64,000 nucleotides of DNA from Deltaproteobacteria bacterium (GCA_032128375.1 JAQBGU010000135.1:1-64000); one strand, 5' to 3'; shown: positions 38,367 through 46,977, counted from the first letter of the stretch. Notes: generated by a model from the letters alone, not told the origin. Made by a program: numbers and translations.

Positions 38367-39799
38367 TCCGCTTCCGATTGGCCGTCTGCGCCTGTGGCGC
38401 TGTCTTGTGCCTTCTCCTCCAGATAGCCGAGCGCGTGGAGTTGTTGCTGTTCGTCCCTGGAGAGCCGTTGGCGCAGTTCCGGGTGTCCAGGCTGCAGATT
38501 GTTTCGAAACCACTCGAGTTTGGCGCGCAGTCTGTCGTGGATATCCGGTGCATCGAAGCGGCGCTCGGGGCCGTCGGGCGGGAGATGGTAGAGCTCGGTC
38601 TTCCACTGGGAACCGACTCGCGTCAGTACGAGTTTATTCGGGCCCTCGACAATTCCGAAGCGTTTCCCCGTTCCGGAATCGAGTGTTGTCAGGTAGGGCT
38701 CGCTGGGTTGCCGCTGTTCCCTCGGAAGCATCAGGTCGCGGCCATCCGCATCGCTGGGCGCACCGATCGTCAGACCCAGTAGTGTCGGGTACAAATCGAT
38801 CAGACTCGCGATATCCAAGCGAATTTCAGGTTCGACACCGGGCGCGCGAATCGCCAATGGGACCCGGACGAGCGGGTCAGAGAGGCGCTCGCCGTGCGCG
38901 AACCAATAGTTCTGCTCGCCGAGCGACTCACCGTGGTCCGCGGTAAACACGACCACGCAATTCTGTTTCGAGTAGTGCTCCTCCAGGGCTGTCAACAACC
39001 GGCCGACCTCCTCATCGAGGTATGCGATCTCACCGTCGTAGCCCGCACGATAGAATGCGACGCCGCGCGCGTCGCCGATTTGCTGATACCTGGGCAGCAA
39101 CCCGCGACCGCCGCGACCGGTCCGTTCGGGGAGAACGCGGTCGCCATCAGGCGCAGTGCGCTCTACGGCGAGAAAACGCTCGCGATAGCCGTCCGGGGGT
39201 GTGTAGGGGCCGTGCGGGTCCTGATAGTGAACCCACAAAAAGGATCGGACGCTGGGATCCTTGAACCATCCGTCCATCACCGCGATCGCCGCATCTGTGG
39301 TGCTCGAGGCGATCCGTTCGGGCCAGTGTCGCGTGACTTCGGTCTGGGGGAGAGCATCGTCGTAGTGGTCGAAACCGACGGCGAGGCCCGAATTGCGACG
39401 CAGTACGAAATTGCTGACCACGGCGGCTGTCCGCCAACCGTTGTCGTGGAGCACAGAAGCCAAAGTGGGAATCGTGGACCGTAAGGCGGAGCGATTGCTG
39501 ACGATTCCGAGTTCTTCGGGATACTTCCCCGTCATCAACGAACTGACCGAAGGCAGTGTGTACGGCGCCGGCGCATACACGCGGCTGAAATACTGGCCTT
39601 CGGCGGCCAGCGCATCGATGTGGGGGGTGAGTCCCAGTGTGCTGCCGCCCGCACCGATGCGGTCGGCACGCAGCGTGTCCACGGTGATCAGGATCAACAC
39701 GCGAGGCGCGGGGGAACCGAACCCACAGCAGAACGAAACGATTGAGAGCGCCACGCAAACGGCGGCGCACAGTGTCTGAAGTTCGGGCCGGCGTCGCAT
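38363..39799 (-). CDS. Sulfatase/alkaline-phosphatase superfamily exported protein with Thr at the nucleophile position
   Basis: ITVDTLRAD, YTLPSVSSLMTG, HYQDPHGPY, YDGEIAYLD, TADHGE, VPL; start ATG 39799. Confidence 0.85.
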   Translation of the reverse strand: MRRRPELQTLCAAVCVALSIVSFCCGFGSPAPRVLILITVDTLRADRIGAGGSTLGLTPHIDALAAEGQYFSRVYAPAPYTLPSVSSLMTGKYPEELGIVSNRSALRSTIPTLASVLHDNGWRTAAVVSNFVLRRNSGLAVGFDHYDDALPQTEVTRHWPERIASSTTDAAIAVMDGWFKDPSVRSFLWVHYQDPHGPYTPPDGYRERFLAVERTAPDGDRVLPERTGRGGRGLLPRYQQIGDARGVAFYRAGYDGEIAYLDEEVGRLLTALEEHYSKQNCVVVFTADHGESLGEQNYWFAHGERLSDPLVRVPLAIRAPGVEPEIRLDIASLIDLYPTLLGLTIGAPSDADGRDLMLPREQRQPSEPYLTTLDSGTGKRFGIVEGPNKLVLTRVGSQWKTELYHLPPDGPERRFDAPDIHDRLRAKLEWFRNNLQPGHPELRQRLSRDEQQQLHALGYLEEKAQDSATGADGQSEAE

Positions 39800-40038
39800 C
39801 ACGGGTCGGAAAGCAGCGTAGCACGAGGGGACGAGACCGAAGCCGGATAGCGGAGGACTGAGAATGGTTGGTCGAAATCCCGGCGCGCGAGCCGGGCCCG
39901 TTCCCGGCCCGAGGGTTCGGGTGTGTTCGTGGGTTCGGCACAGCCACTGGTAAAAGTCGGGTCGCGGGGTTCGGTCTTGGGTTCTGCTGCTAAGCTCCGT
40001 CCGGCGCGCATGGTTGTTATCAATATGAAGGGGACCTG

Positions 40039-40827
40039 ATGGCTCAATCGATAACTCGTTCGTCCCGACTGGCTGTGACCACGCTGATGGTCGCATTGCT
40101 CGGGACCGGATGCACGGTGATCGAGGACGGCGAGGTGGGGGTATCGAAGAGCTTTGGCGCGATTTCCGATACGCCGGTCGGACAGGGCATCGTGATTCAG
40201 GTCCCGGTGGTTCGCACGGTCGAGACCTGGAACGTGAAGCTGCAGGAACTGAAGGAGACCGCGCAGGTGCCGTCTTCTGAGGGCCTGATCGTCGGTCTCG
40301 ATACGTCGCTGCTGTTTCGGGTTACGCCCGATAGAGCGCCCCAGATCCGCAAGACCATCGGGATCAACTATGTCGAGGGCTTGATTCGGCCGTACTTTCG
40401 CAGCGCGCTGCGCGATACCGTCAGTGGATACCCGGTCAAGACGGTGTATACCGAAGCGGGCCGCAAGGAGATCGCAGCCAGTATCAAGAATTTTCTGATG
40501 GACAGCATGGCCAAGGAAGGCATCACCATCGTCGATGTGCTGCTGCGCGACGTCAAGCTTCCCACGCGCTTCAAGGAGAGTATCGAGGCGAAGCTGACCG
40601 CAGAGCAACGCGTCCAGCAGAAGCAGTTCGAACTCGAACAGGCCGTGAAGGATGCCGAGATCGAAGTGGCACGCGCGAAGGGTGCGGCGCAGGCCCAGGA
40701 GATCGTTCGGTCGACTCTATCGGATTCTTATCTGCAGTATCTGTGGATCAAGACGCTGAACGAGAATCCGAATGTCATCTACGTCGCGACCGAGGCCAAC
40801 CTGCCGCTGTTCAAGCAGTCGAAATAG
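40039..40827 (+). CDS. SPFH/prohibitin family lipoprotein
   Basis: Lipobox LGTGC; GEVGV, SSEGL, LLRDVKLP..F.ESIEAK, EAEI..ARAKG-type coiled coil. Confidence 0.9.
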   Translation: MAQSITRSSRLAVTTLMVALLGTGCTVIEDGEVGVSKSFGAISDTPVGQGIVIQVPVVRTVETWNVKLQELKETAQVPSSEGLIVGLDTSLLFRVTPDRAPQIRKTIGINYVEGLIRPYFRSALRDTVSGYPVKTVYTEAGRKEIAASIKNFLMDSMAKEGITIVDVLLRDVKLPTRFKESIEAKLTAEQRVQQKQFELEQAVKDAEIEVARAKGAAQAQEIVRSTLSDSYLQYLWIKTLNENPNVIYVATEANLPLFKQSK

Positions 40828-41030
40828 CCGTCAACGCGGGGTGAACAGGAAAAGGCCCGCCCCGGGCTCTGGGCAACGAGGCTCGCGGTAAGAACAGCCG
40901 ACGCGAACCCTAGTGGCACATCCGGAAAGTTCTGGTACATGCTGACAAAGGGATCACCGTCGCGTTGTCCGACGGAGAAGAGCGTTCTGTCGGCTTCAAT
41001 CATGGGTACCGAAACTTGGCGGGTGTTGCA

Positions 41031-42410
41031 CTAGTCCCGTCGGCGCATCAGATAGAGAACCCGGTCCGACCCCGGAATCGGCGTTCGATCCTCGGTTTCG
41101 AAACGGCGAGCGAATGCGGCTTCGAAATCCTGTGGGGTGTAGTTGTCGAACACGTCGGTTCGGTTCGCGAGCAGCAGCTGTGCCTTCGGGTCACTCTTGG
41201 GCACGAACTCGATGATCAGCCGGCCGGACAGACGCGCGAACCAATCGGCGACGCGGCTCAGCGGCACGTTGTTCGAAATGGCCAGGTGGTGAATCAACGC
41301 GAGAGCCATGACCAGGTCCGCTGGACCCCGATCGACGAGCGACGCGCGCTCCTCGTGTGCCCAGCCGAGGCTCGGGCTGGGATTCGAAAGGTCGAGTAGT
41401 AGCGGCAGCAAACGCGTCTCACGTTCACGTCGCATCTTGCGATAATTGCGGTCGACACACGCAGGGTCGACATCGAACGCCAGCGTCAGCATTCCGCGCT
41501 GGGCCGCGAGCCGGCTGTATTCGCCGGTATTCGCGCCCAGGTCCCACACACTCGCCGGCTGTGCGCGATCGAGGTAAGTCGCGACGATCTGGTGCTTCTG
41601 CTCTTCGGCCGCTTCGGAATAGCTATCGCCTTCGTAGTAGTCGGCCCATTCGGTTCCCGCGGCATCCCAGCGGAGCTTTTCGACGGCTGTCTCGAGCGCT
41701 GTCAGCAGGTTCGCCAGTGATTTCTTCGGAACGGGTCGAACCGTCACTTTCTCGGTCGCTGTCTGGTAGCGATTCTGGTAGCCCGCGTGCATTCGGATGT
41801 GCATGAATAAGTGGATATTGAGCCAGGCACGCCGGGGCAGCAGCGTACGCGCGAGATCGAGCGGTATGCCGTCGAGGTTCACACGCAGCAATTTCGCGAG
41901 CCGAATGTCGCAATAAGACATCAGCGCCAGCGGCGCCAGAAAATGTTGGCAGAACTGGCGGTATCCGACCCAGGGAGTATCTGGCTGGTAGATTTCGAAC
42001 GACAACGTATCGATGAACACGGGTGCGCCGCGGTGGAACTGGACATTGTAGGCACTAGCGTCCTTCAGCGTCATTCCGAACCGAAGAGCCGCGTGTTGGA
42101 TCTGTAGTGTCAGCAGTGCCGCCGCTCGGAGTTGGCTGAACGACCACTCGTACGGGTAGGACACGAAGTCCACCCGTTCGGGTTTCAAGGTGAGGTAGTC
42201 GTCGAGCTCGACGTCCGGTTCCGGCTCGTCGACGCTCTGGTGCGGAATCAACAGCCTGCGTTCGACCAACTCATCGTACAGCCCTGATTTCATCAGGCAT
42301 TCGTAATCGTCGGCGTAGCTGCGCCGGACTCGCCGGAACAACTCACCGTCGCGCTCGAACAGATACCCGCTGGGATCGCGAAAGGACGCGCCCAGGGAGC
42401 GTTCATTCAT
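41031..42410 (-). CDS. NoeA-like protein: N-terminal kinase-like domain + class I SAM methyltransferase
   Basis: SFRDPSG, SYPYEWSFSQL, LKDASAYNVQF, FIDTLSF, YRQFCQHFLAPL; C-terminal VWDLGANTG, ALALIHHLAISNN. Confidence 0.82.
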   Translation of the reverse strand: MNERSLGASFRDPSGYLFERDGELFRRVRRSYADDYECLMKSGLYDELVERRLLIPHQSVDEPEPDVELDDYLTLKPERVDFVSYPYEWSFSQLRAAALLTLQIQHAALRFGMTLKDASAYNVQFHRGAPVFIDTLSFEIYQPDTPWVGYRQFCQHFLAPLALMSYCDIRLAKLLRVNLDGIPLDLARTLLPRRAWLNIHLFMHIRMHAGYQNRYQTATEKVTVRPVPKKSLANLLTALETAVEKLRWDAAGTEWADYYEGDSYSEAAEEQKHQIVATYLDRAQPASVWDLGANTGEYSRLAAQRGMLTLAFDVDPACVDRNYRKMRRERETRLLPLLLDLSNPSPSLGWAHEERASLVDRGPADLVMALALIHHLAISNNVPLSRVADWFARLSGRLIIEFVPKSDPKAQLLLANRTDVFDNYTPQDFEAAFARRFETEDRTPIPGSDRVLYLMRRRD

Positions 42411-42648
42411 CGCGCGATTCGGGGCCCGCCGGCGGCGTCTCGGAATCGTCTGGCTTGGCTCCGAATCCGAACAGCGTCTTGATCTTGTTCCAATAGATAT
42501 TCACGGTGACGATGATTCCCGCCATGGCCGCCACCAATGCCTGCAGCAGGAAGCTGCCTGCACCGGGATCGACGTACGAAAGCAGCGGCCCGTGAACAAA
42601 CGACGCGGGCTCCAGCGTCATCAGGGTCGTGGACACCCACCCAATCAT
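42403..42648 (-). CDS. Small single-TM protein with YxDPGxGS motif (81 aa)
   Basis: GGAGG RBS and ATG 42648; LLSYVDPGAGSFLLQALVAAMAGIIVTVNIYWNKIK; 8-nt overlap with the NoeA-like gene. Confidence 0.75.
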   Translation of the reverse strand: MIGWVSTTLMTLEPASFVHGPLLSYVDPGAGSFLLQALVAAMAGIIVTVNIYWNKIKTLFGFGAKPDDSETPPAGPESRDE

Positions 42649-42672
42649 CGTGCGCCTCCATATGCCTTGCAG

Positions 42673-42711
42673 GACTGGAATGCCTGACTGGAATGCCGGA
42701 CTGGAACGCCG
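42673..42711. repeat. 13-bp tandem repeat GACTGGAA(T/C)GCC(T/G) x3
   Basis: Units start at 42673, 42686 and 42699, just upstream of the small-protein RBS. Confidence 0.9.
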
Positions 42712-42872
42712 GGCCCAATCATGACACTCCATCCCCCGCCCCACCAGCAACCAGCGGTACCCCCGACCGATCGCCTGAGCCCGATCGCGGTCGATTGCAG
42801 CGAGAATCGCTGCAGAACTCGAGCCGGAGCTGGAGTCGGAACCCGGCATGGCTATCGTGACGGTCGAGCGAG

Positions 42873-45176
42873 ATGACGAAGAGCGCGGATCGGACAGGGC
42901 AGGGGTCGCGCATCGGCGCGATGGTGGGATTGTTCGCGGCGGCCATCGCTGTTCGCGCGCTACCAGCGCCGACTGTTCTGCTCGGCGATCGCGTTCAGCC
43001 GTTTGGCGGCGACGCGTTCTACCACCTGCGCCGAATCGCGTATTCGATCGAGCAATTCCCTCATGTACTCGAATTCGATCGCTACGTGAACTTCCCGACA
43101 GGCGCGATTGCGATCTGGACACCGGTTTTCGACTGGCTGATCGCCGCGCTGGCGATCTGCCTCCGAGCCGAGCCGGCATCCCTCGAGATGGAACGAATCG
43201 CGGTCTGGGTTCCGCCGGTTCTTGGAGCAGCGACCGTCGTGGTGCTGTATCGACTGGCGGCGCGCACCTTTGGCGAGCCGATCGGGCGCACGGCTGGTGC
43301 GCTTTTGTGCATCAGTTCCGCGCACTTCTGGTACTCGCAGATCGGCTTCGTCGACCATCACGTTGCGGTCGCGCTCGTCACTACGCTGCTGCTGGGTCGC
43401 GCGATCGCGTACCTGGACGCGCAGTCGGAACCTGCCCCGGCATGGCCGTTGGGGCTCGCGCTCGGCGCAGCATTGTGGATCTGGCCCGGTACGCTACTTC
43501 ACGTCGGCATCATCGAAGCCGCACTGCTGATCGCGCTCTTGACGGAGGCCGACGCATCCGCGGCCGCTGCACGGCGTTTCACAAACGTGCAGTGCATTGC
43601 ACTGCTGTTGATGCTGCCCTCCGGTGTCACAAACAGCTGGCCGCAATGGGGGGCCTTCAGCCCGGTCGTGCTCTCACTGTTTCAGCCCTGGCTATTCGCC
43701 ACATTGACACTGTTTGGGTTCGGGTGCAGCGCACTGTGGCTCCACACGCGGCTCGGCGCGTCCGTCGGGAGGCGCGCACTCAGCGCTGCAGCAATCGGCT
43801 TCACATTGTTGCTGTGTAGCCTTCTTGCGATTCCAGAATTGTGGATCGGTGCGCACGATGCGTGGCAGTGGTTCGGAAAGACGGAGGTTTTTCAGGCCCT
43901 CGTCAGTGAATCATTGCCTCTGTTGGAGCTCGATGGCGATTTCAGCACCCAGGTGGCCTCGAGTCGCCTGTCCTACTTCGTATTTCTGTCTCCGATCGCG
44001 CTGCTCTGGGCGGCGACCAGCGCCTGGCGAGGAGAACGTGAGCGCGGACGATTGTTGCTGGTCGGCTGGACCGCGGTGCTGCTGGCCGCGACGCTGTGGC
44101 AGAAGCGCTTCTTCAATACCTCCTCGGTCGGCCTGGCTCTGCTGATGGCATGGACACTAGCCGGCGTACATCGCGCATGGACCGCGCGAGCGGGTGGCCA
44201 CTCGCGGCTCGCGAGCGCGGTCGTCGTATCTGTCACCGCGCTGCTGTTGCTTCCGAGCGTCGCGAGTTTTCGCGGCTTCCTGCCGAACTGGCGCGGCGAC
44301 GGTACGATCGCAGGTTCTCGCCTGCAACTCGCGCAGAATGTCGCGATTGCGACTTCGGAATATCTGCGTCGAGAAACCCCGACGACTTCCGGATGGCTGG
44401 ACGCCGATGCTTGGCCCGAGTATTCCGTGATGGGTCCGTGGCCGATCGGGCACGTGATCGAATACGTCGGACGCCGACCGACAGTGACTGACGGATTCGG
44501 CGACGACCTGGGGCCCGAGAACTTCGAACGAGCGGCACGTTACTATGCTGCTGAAGAGCCAGAGGCACTCGCGATCGCAGAACGACTCGGTGTTCGGTAT
44601 GTAATCGCGCAGCGCAGCGCAACTTTTCTGGGGAGAGAACCCGGCGCCGCCAGTATGCTGACCGCTTTGTTTGTTCGCGATGGGTCTGAGAGGCCGCTCC
44701 CTTCGACCCGAGATGCCGGCGCTATTGCACCACCTTCGCCGACGACCTTCCCGGCACTGCATCGCCACCGGCTCATCTACGAATCCGCGCCTCCCGGAGA
44801 ACGGAGTCCCGAGCGCGAGTCGTTGTTCAAGCTGTTCGAGATCGTGGTTGGGGCCGAGATCGTGGGTCGCGCGACGCCTGGTGGGCGTGTAAGCGCCGCT
44901 GTGGAGCTGAAGACGAATCGGAAACGCGATTATCTCTATTTCACGAGCACGACTGTTCGGGAAGATGGCGGCTACACGCTACGCCTCCCGTATGCCAATG
45001 GAGGGCCAAACAAGCGCGGTGTCGTCGGGGTAGGCATGCATTACACGATCGCGTGTGGGGATGCGAAGCGTCCCATCGGCGTGACGGAGCGCGACGTTCA
45101 GTCCGGAGCGAAGCTCCGCGTACCGGAACTGGACTGTCAGTCAGGAATGAAAAAGAGCGATGCTTGGACGCAATAA
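42873..45176 (+). CDS. STT3/AglB-like oligosaccharyltransferase homologue with non-canonical WWDYG
   Basis: GGDAFYHLRRI, FDRYVNFPTG, GFVDHH, LVSESLP, QKRF, VMGPWPIGH..YVGRRP, and an AglB-type C-terminal beta domain (KLFEIVVGAEIVG...DGGYTLRLPY). Confidence 0.82.
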   Translation: MTKSADRTGQGSRIGAMVGLFAAAIAVRALPAPTVLLGDRVQPFGGDAFYHLRRIAYSIEQFPHVLEFDRYVNFPTGAIAIWTPVFDWLIAALAICLRAEPASLEMERIAVWVPPVLGAATVVVLYRLAARTFGEPIGRTAGALLCISSAHFWYSQIGFVDHHVAVALVTTLLLGRAIAYLDAQSEPAPAWPLGLALGAALWIWPGTLLHVGIIEAALLIALLTEADASAAAARRFTNVQCIALLLMLPSGVTNSWPQWGAFSPVVLSLFQPWLFATLTLFGFGCSALWLHTRLGASVGRRALSAAAIGFTLLLCSLLAIPELWIGAHDAWQWFGKTEVFQALVSESLPLLELDGDFSTQVASSRLSYFVFLSPIALLWAATSAWRGERERGRLLLVGWTAVLLAATLWQKRFFNTSSVGLALLMAWTLAGVHRAWTARAGGHSRLASAVVVSVTALLLLPSVASFRGFLPNWRGDGTIAGSRLQLAQNVAIATSEYLRRETPTTSGWLDADAWPEYSVMGPWPIGHVIEYVGRRPTVTDGFGDDLGPENFERAARYYAAEEPEALAIAERLGVRYVIAQRSATFLGREPGAASMLTALFVRDGSERPLPSTRDAGAIAPPSPTTFPALHRHRLIYESAPPGERSPERESLFKLFEIVVGAEIVGRATPGGRVSAAVELKTNRKRDYLYFTSTTVREDGGYTLRLPYANGGPNKRGVVGVGMHYTIACGDAKRPIGVTERDVQSGAKLRVPELDCQSGMKKSDAWTQ

Positions 45177-45409
45177 ACAGATTTCGGCTGGCAGCGATCA
45201 GATCGATCAACAAGGTCAGGCGTCGACGCAAGCCTTGCGTCGCGAGCCGCCCCAACGAGTGGTTCGTCGGGATTGACCAGCGGATCCATCGAGTTGGCTG
45301 CGCAGATGCCGCTGGCTGCGCTCGCGGCCAAGTTCCAACTCGGGCAACCCGATGTAGTAAAATCACCACGAAGATGAAGTGGTGATCCTGGCGTGGGTGA
45401 TTTTCTCCT

Positions 45410-45506
45410 GCTCCACGACAAGAGCAAACCCGGCGAGAGCCGGGGACGCAAAGCCAGTGCCCAGCCTCGGGAATCCGAGTCGGGTCGAACGGCTGCCGAA
45501 AGGAGT
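45410..45506 (+). ncRNA. GEMM-I (c-di-GMP-I class) riboswitch, A20 variant (candidate 3',3'-cGAMP sensor)
   Basis: CGACAAG-A-GCAAA, P2 CCCGGC-GAGA-GCCGGG, GACGCAAAGCC, P3 (AGCC/GGCU, GCCC/GGGU, CUCGG-GAAU-CCGAG), GCCGAAA; ends in the SD of the next gene. Confidence 0.85.
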
Positions 45507-45511
45507 TGTGC

Positions 45512-46129
45512 ATGACCGCTCCCCGTCGACTGACAACCGCTTTCCTCGTCGCGGCGATCTCCGTGGCTTCCTGTGGTGCCACGCCTTTCGCTGAACTGGC
45601 GAGTACGAGCGAGAATCCTCCGCTCGGTTATTCGCCATCCGCGCTCAGCGGGGACGCGCTCGCTGCGTCTCGTGTGTTGGGAGGGCTGAACACCGGGTTG
45701 CTTCCCGATGAAGTCGCGAGGCTCGGCGTCGCAATCGTCATGGAGTCGCGACGAGCTGGGATTCCGATGGAGTTGGTGCTGGCGCTGATCCAGGTCGAAA
45801 GTAGTGGCAACGCCTTCGCGGTGTCCGGTGTCGGCGCGATCGGGCTCATGCAGCTTCGCCCGAGCACGGCCGAGGAAGTCGCTGGCCGACTCGGAATCCG
45901 CTGGATGGGCGCTGCAACATTGTTCGAGCCGGTGACGAACGTTCGGCTGGGCGTCGAGTATCTCCGCCAATTGATCGAGCACTACGACAGCGTTTCGATC
46001 GCACTCGCCGCCTACAACTGGGGGCCGGGAACGATCGGGAAGAGGCTGCGGCTGGGCGAAGCGATCCCGGCCGGCTACTCGGATAAAGTCATGGCAAAAT
46101 ATCGCCGACCCCTGCACCGCGCGATCTAG
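45512..46129 (+). CDS. Lytic transglycosylase (SLT domain), exported or lipoprotein
   Basis: ALIQVESSG (catalytic Glu), GAIGLMQL, NVRLGVEYL, AAYNWG; AAGGAG SD at 45500-45505; possible lipobox VASC. Confidence 0.92.
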   Translation: MTAPRRLTTAFLVAAISVASCGATPFAELASTSENPPLGYSPSALSGDALAASRVLGGLNTGLLPDEVARLGVAIVMESRRAGIPMELVLALIQVESSGNAFAVSGVGAIGLMQLRPSTAEEVAGRLGIRWMGAATLFEPVTNVRLGVEYLRQLIEHYDSVSIALAAYNWGPGTIGKRLRLGEAIPAGYSDKVMAKYRRPLHRAI

Positions 46130-46190
46130 GGCGAGTTCATTGGCGCGTGTTCGGGCTGTCGGCGCAGACTCCTGGCTCGGGCGGCTCCGA

Positions 46191-46772
46191 TCAGGAAGCG
46201 TCCGTCACGATCACGCTGATACGTGAGTCTCCCTTCGTACCTGAGATGTTGACTGTCACCTTGCGGGAGTCTTTGAGCCCGGCGAGCCCTAGCTGGCCGC
46301 CAAAACTTTCCTCTTCTGCGATCGCCCAACCCTGCTCTGCGAGCTTGGTCTGATAGAACTCGTAGATATCCTGCTGGGAATCCATCGTCTTGAACGTGAC
46401 CATGCTGCCTTCAGCACCTGCCGACATCGCCGCCATCGGCTCGGCTCCCGGATACAGCGGGATATCGGTCGGAAATGAACGCGGTACCTTCGCATCCTCC
46501 CCGATACTGGCCTCGAATGCATTGCCTTGCCCATCTGTCCCAGAGAAGCGAACCGGGTTGCCTTCGGCGTCGCGCTGATCGACCGTCACATTATTGGGAA
46601 TGTCGGGCGGGGGTACCTTCTTCGCAGGCACAGCAGCGGGCTCTTTTGCCGCTGTCGCTGCCGGCGCCTGTGTCGGCGCGGGTGCCTCGTCGCTTCCGCA
46701 CGCAACGAAGAAGAGAAATGACGCCGCGATGACCAGTAGTGCGCAGCGCGCATGAAGCGTTTTTGCGAACAT
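46191..46772 (-). CDS. Hypothetical lipoprotein
   Basis: Lipobox FVAC, Ala/Pro linker, FPTDIPLYPGA and FYQTKLAEQGW-type domain; start ATG 46772. Confidence 0.75.
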   Translation of the reverse strand: MFAKTLHARCALLVIAASFLFFVACGSDEAPAPTQAPAATAAKEPAAVPAKKVPPPDIPNNVTVDQRDAEGNPVRFSGTDGQGNAFEASIGEDAKVPRSFPTDIPLYPGAEPMAAMSAGAEGSMVTFKTMDSQQDIYEFYQTKLAEQGWAIAEEESFGGQLGLAGLKDSRKVTVNISGTKGDSRISVIVTDAS

Positions 46773-46818
46773 GCTGTTTTCGTACCCCCGGTTGCTGAGT
46801 TCGGCAGATCCTACATCG

Positions 46819-46840
46819 GAGCGACTCAATTGAGTAGCTC
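46819..46840. promoter_or_regulatory. 22-bp near-perfect palindrome in a divergent promoter region
   Basis: GAGCGACTCAA|TTGAGTAGCTC, one mismatch. Confidence 0.45.
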
Positions 46841-46977
46841 TGAGTTTGCTCGCTTGGCTGTGCTTCTCAGGCACCTTTTGCGCCTGTTTGGTCCGGCGTT
46901 AGACTCCCGCCAACCCGGCACGGTTCAACCGTCCATCCACCCGCGATTATCGACTTCAGAACAAGGACTCGAATACT

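Noticed and set aside
45328..45355. Sigma-28-like promoter (CCAAG...CCCGATGT) upstream of the riboswitch
   Set aside because: Several mismatches and off-consensus spacing; not supportable without TSS data.
46840..46880. Glycine-riboswitch-like CTCAGG motif
   Set aside because: The upstream GGAGA and CCGAAG elements are missing and the gene context does not fit.
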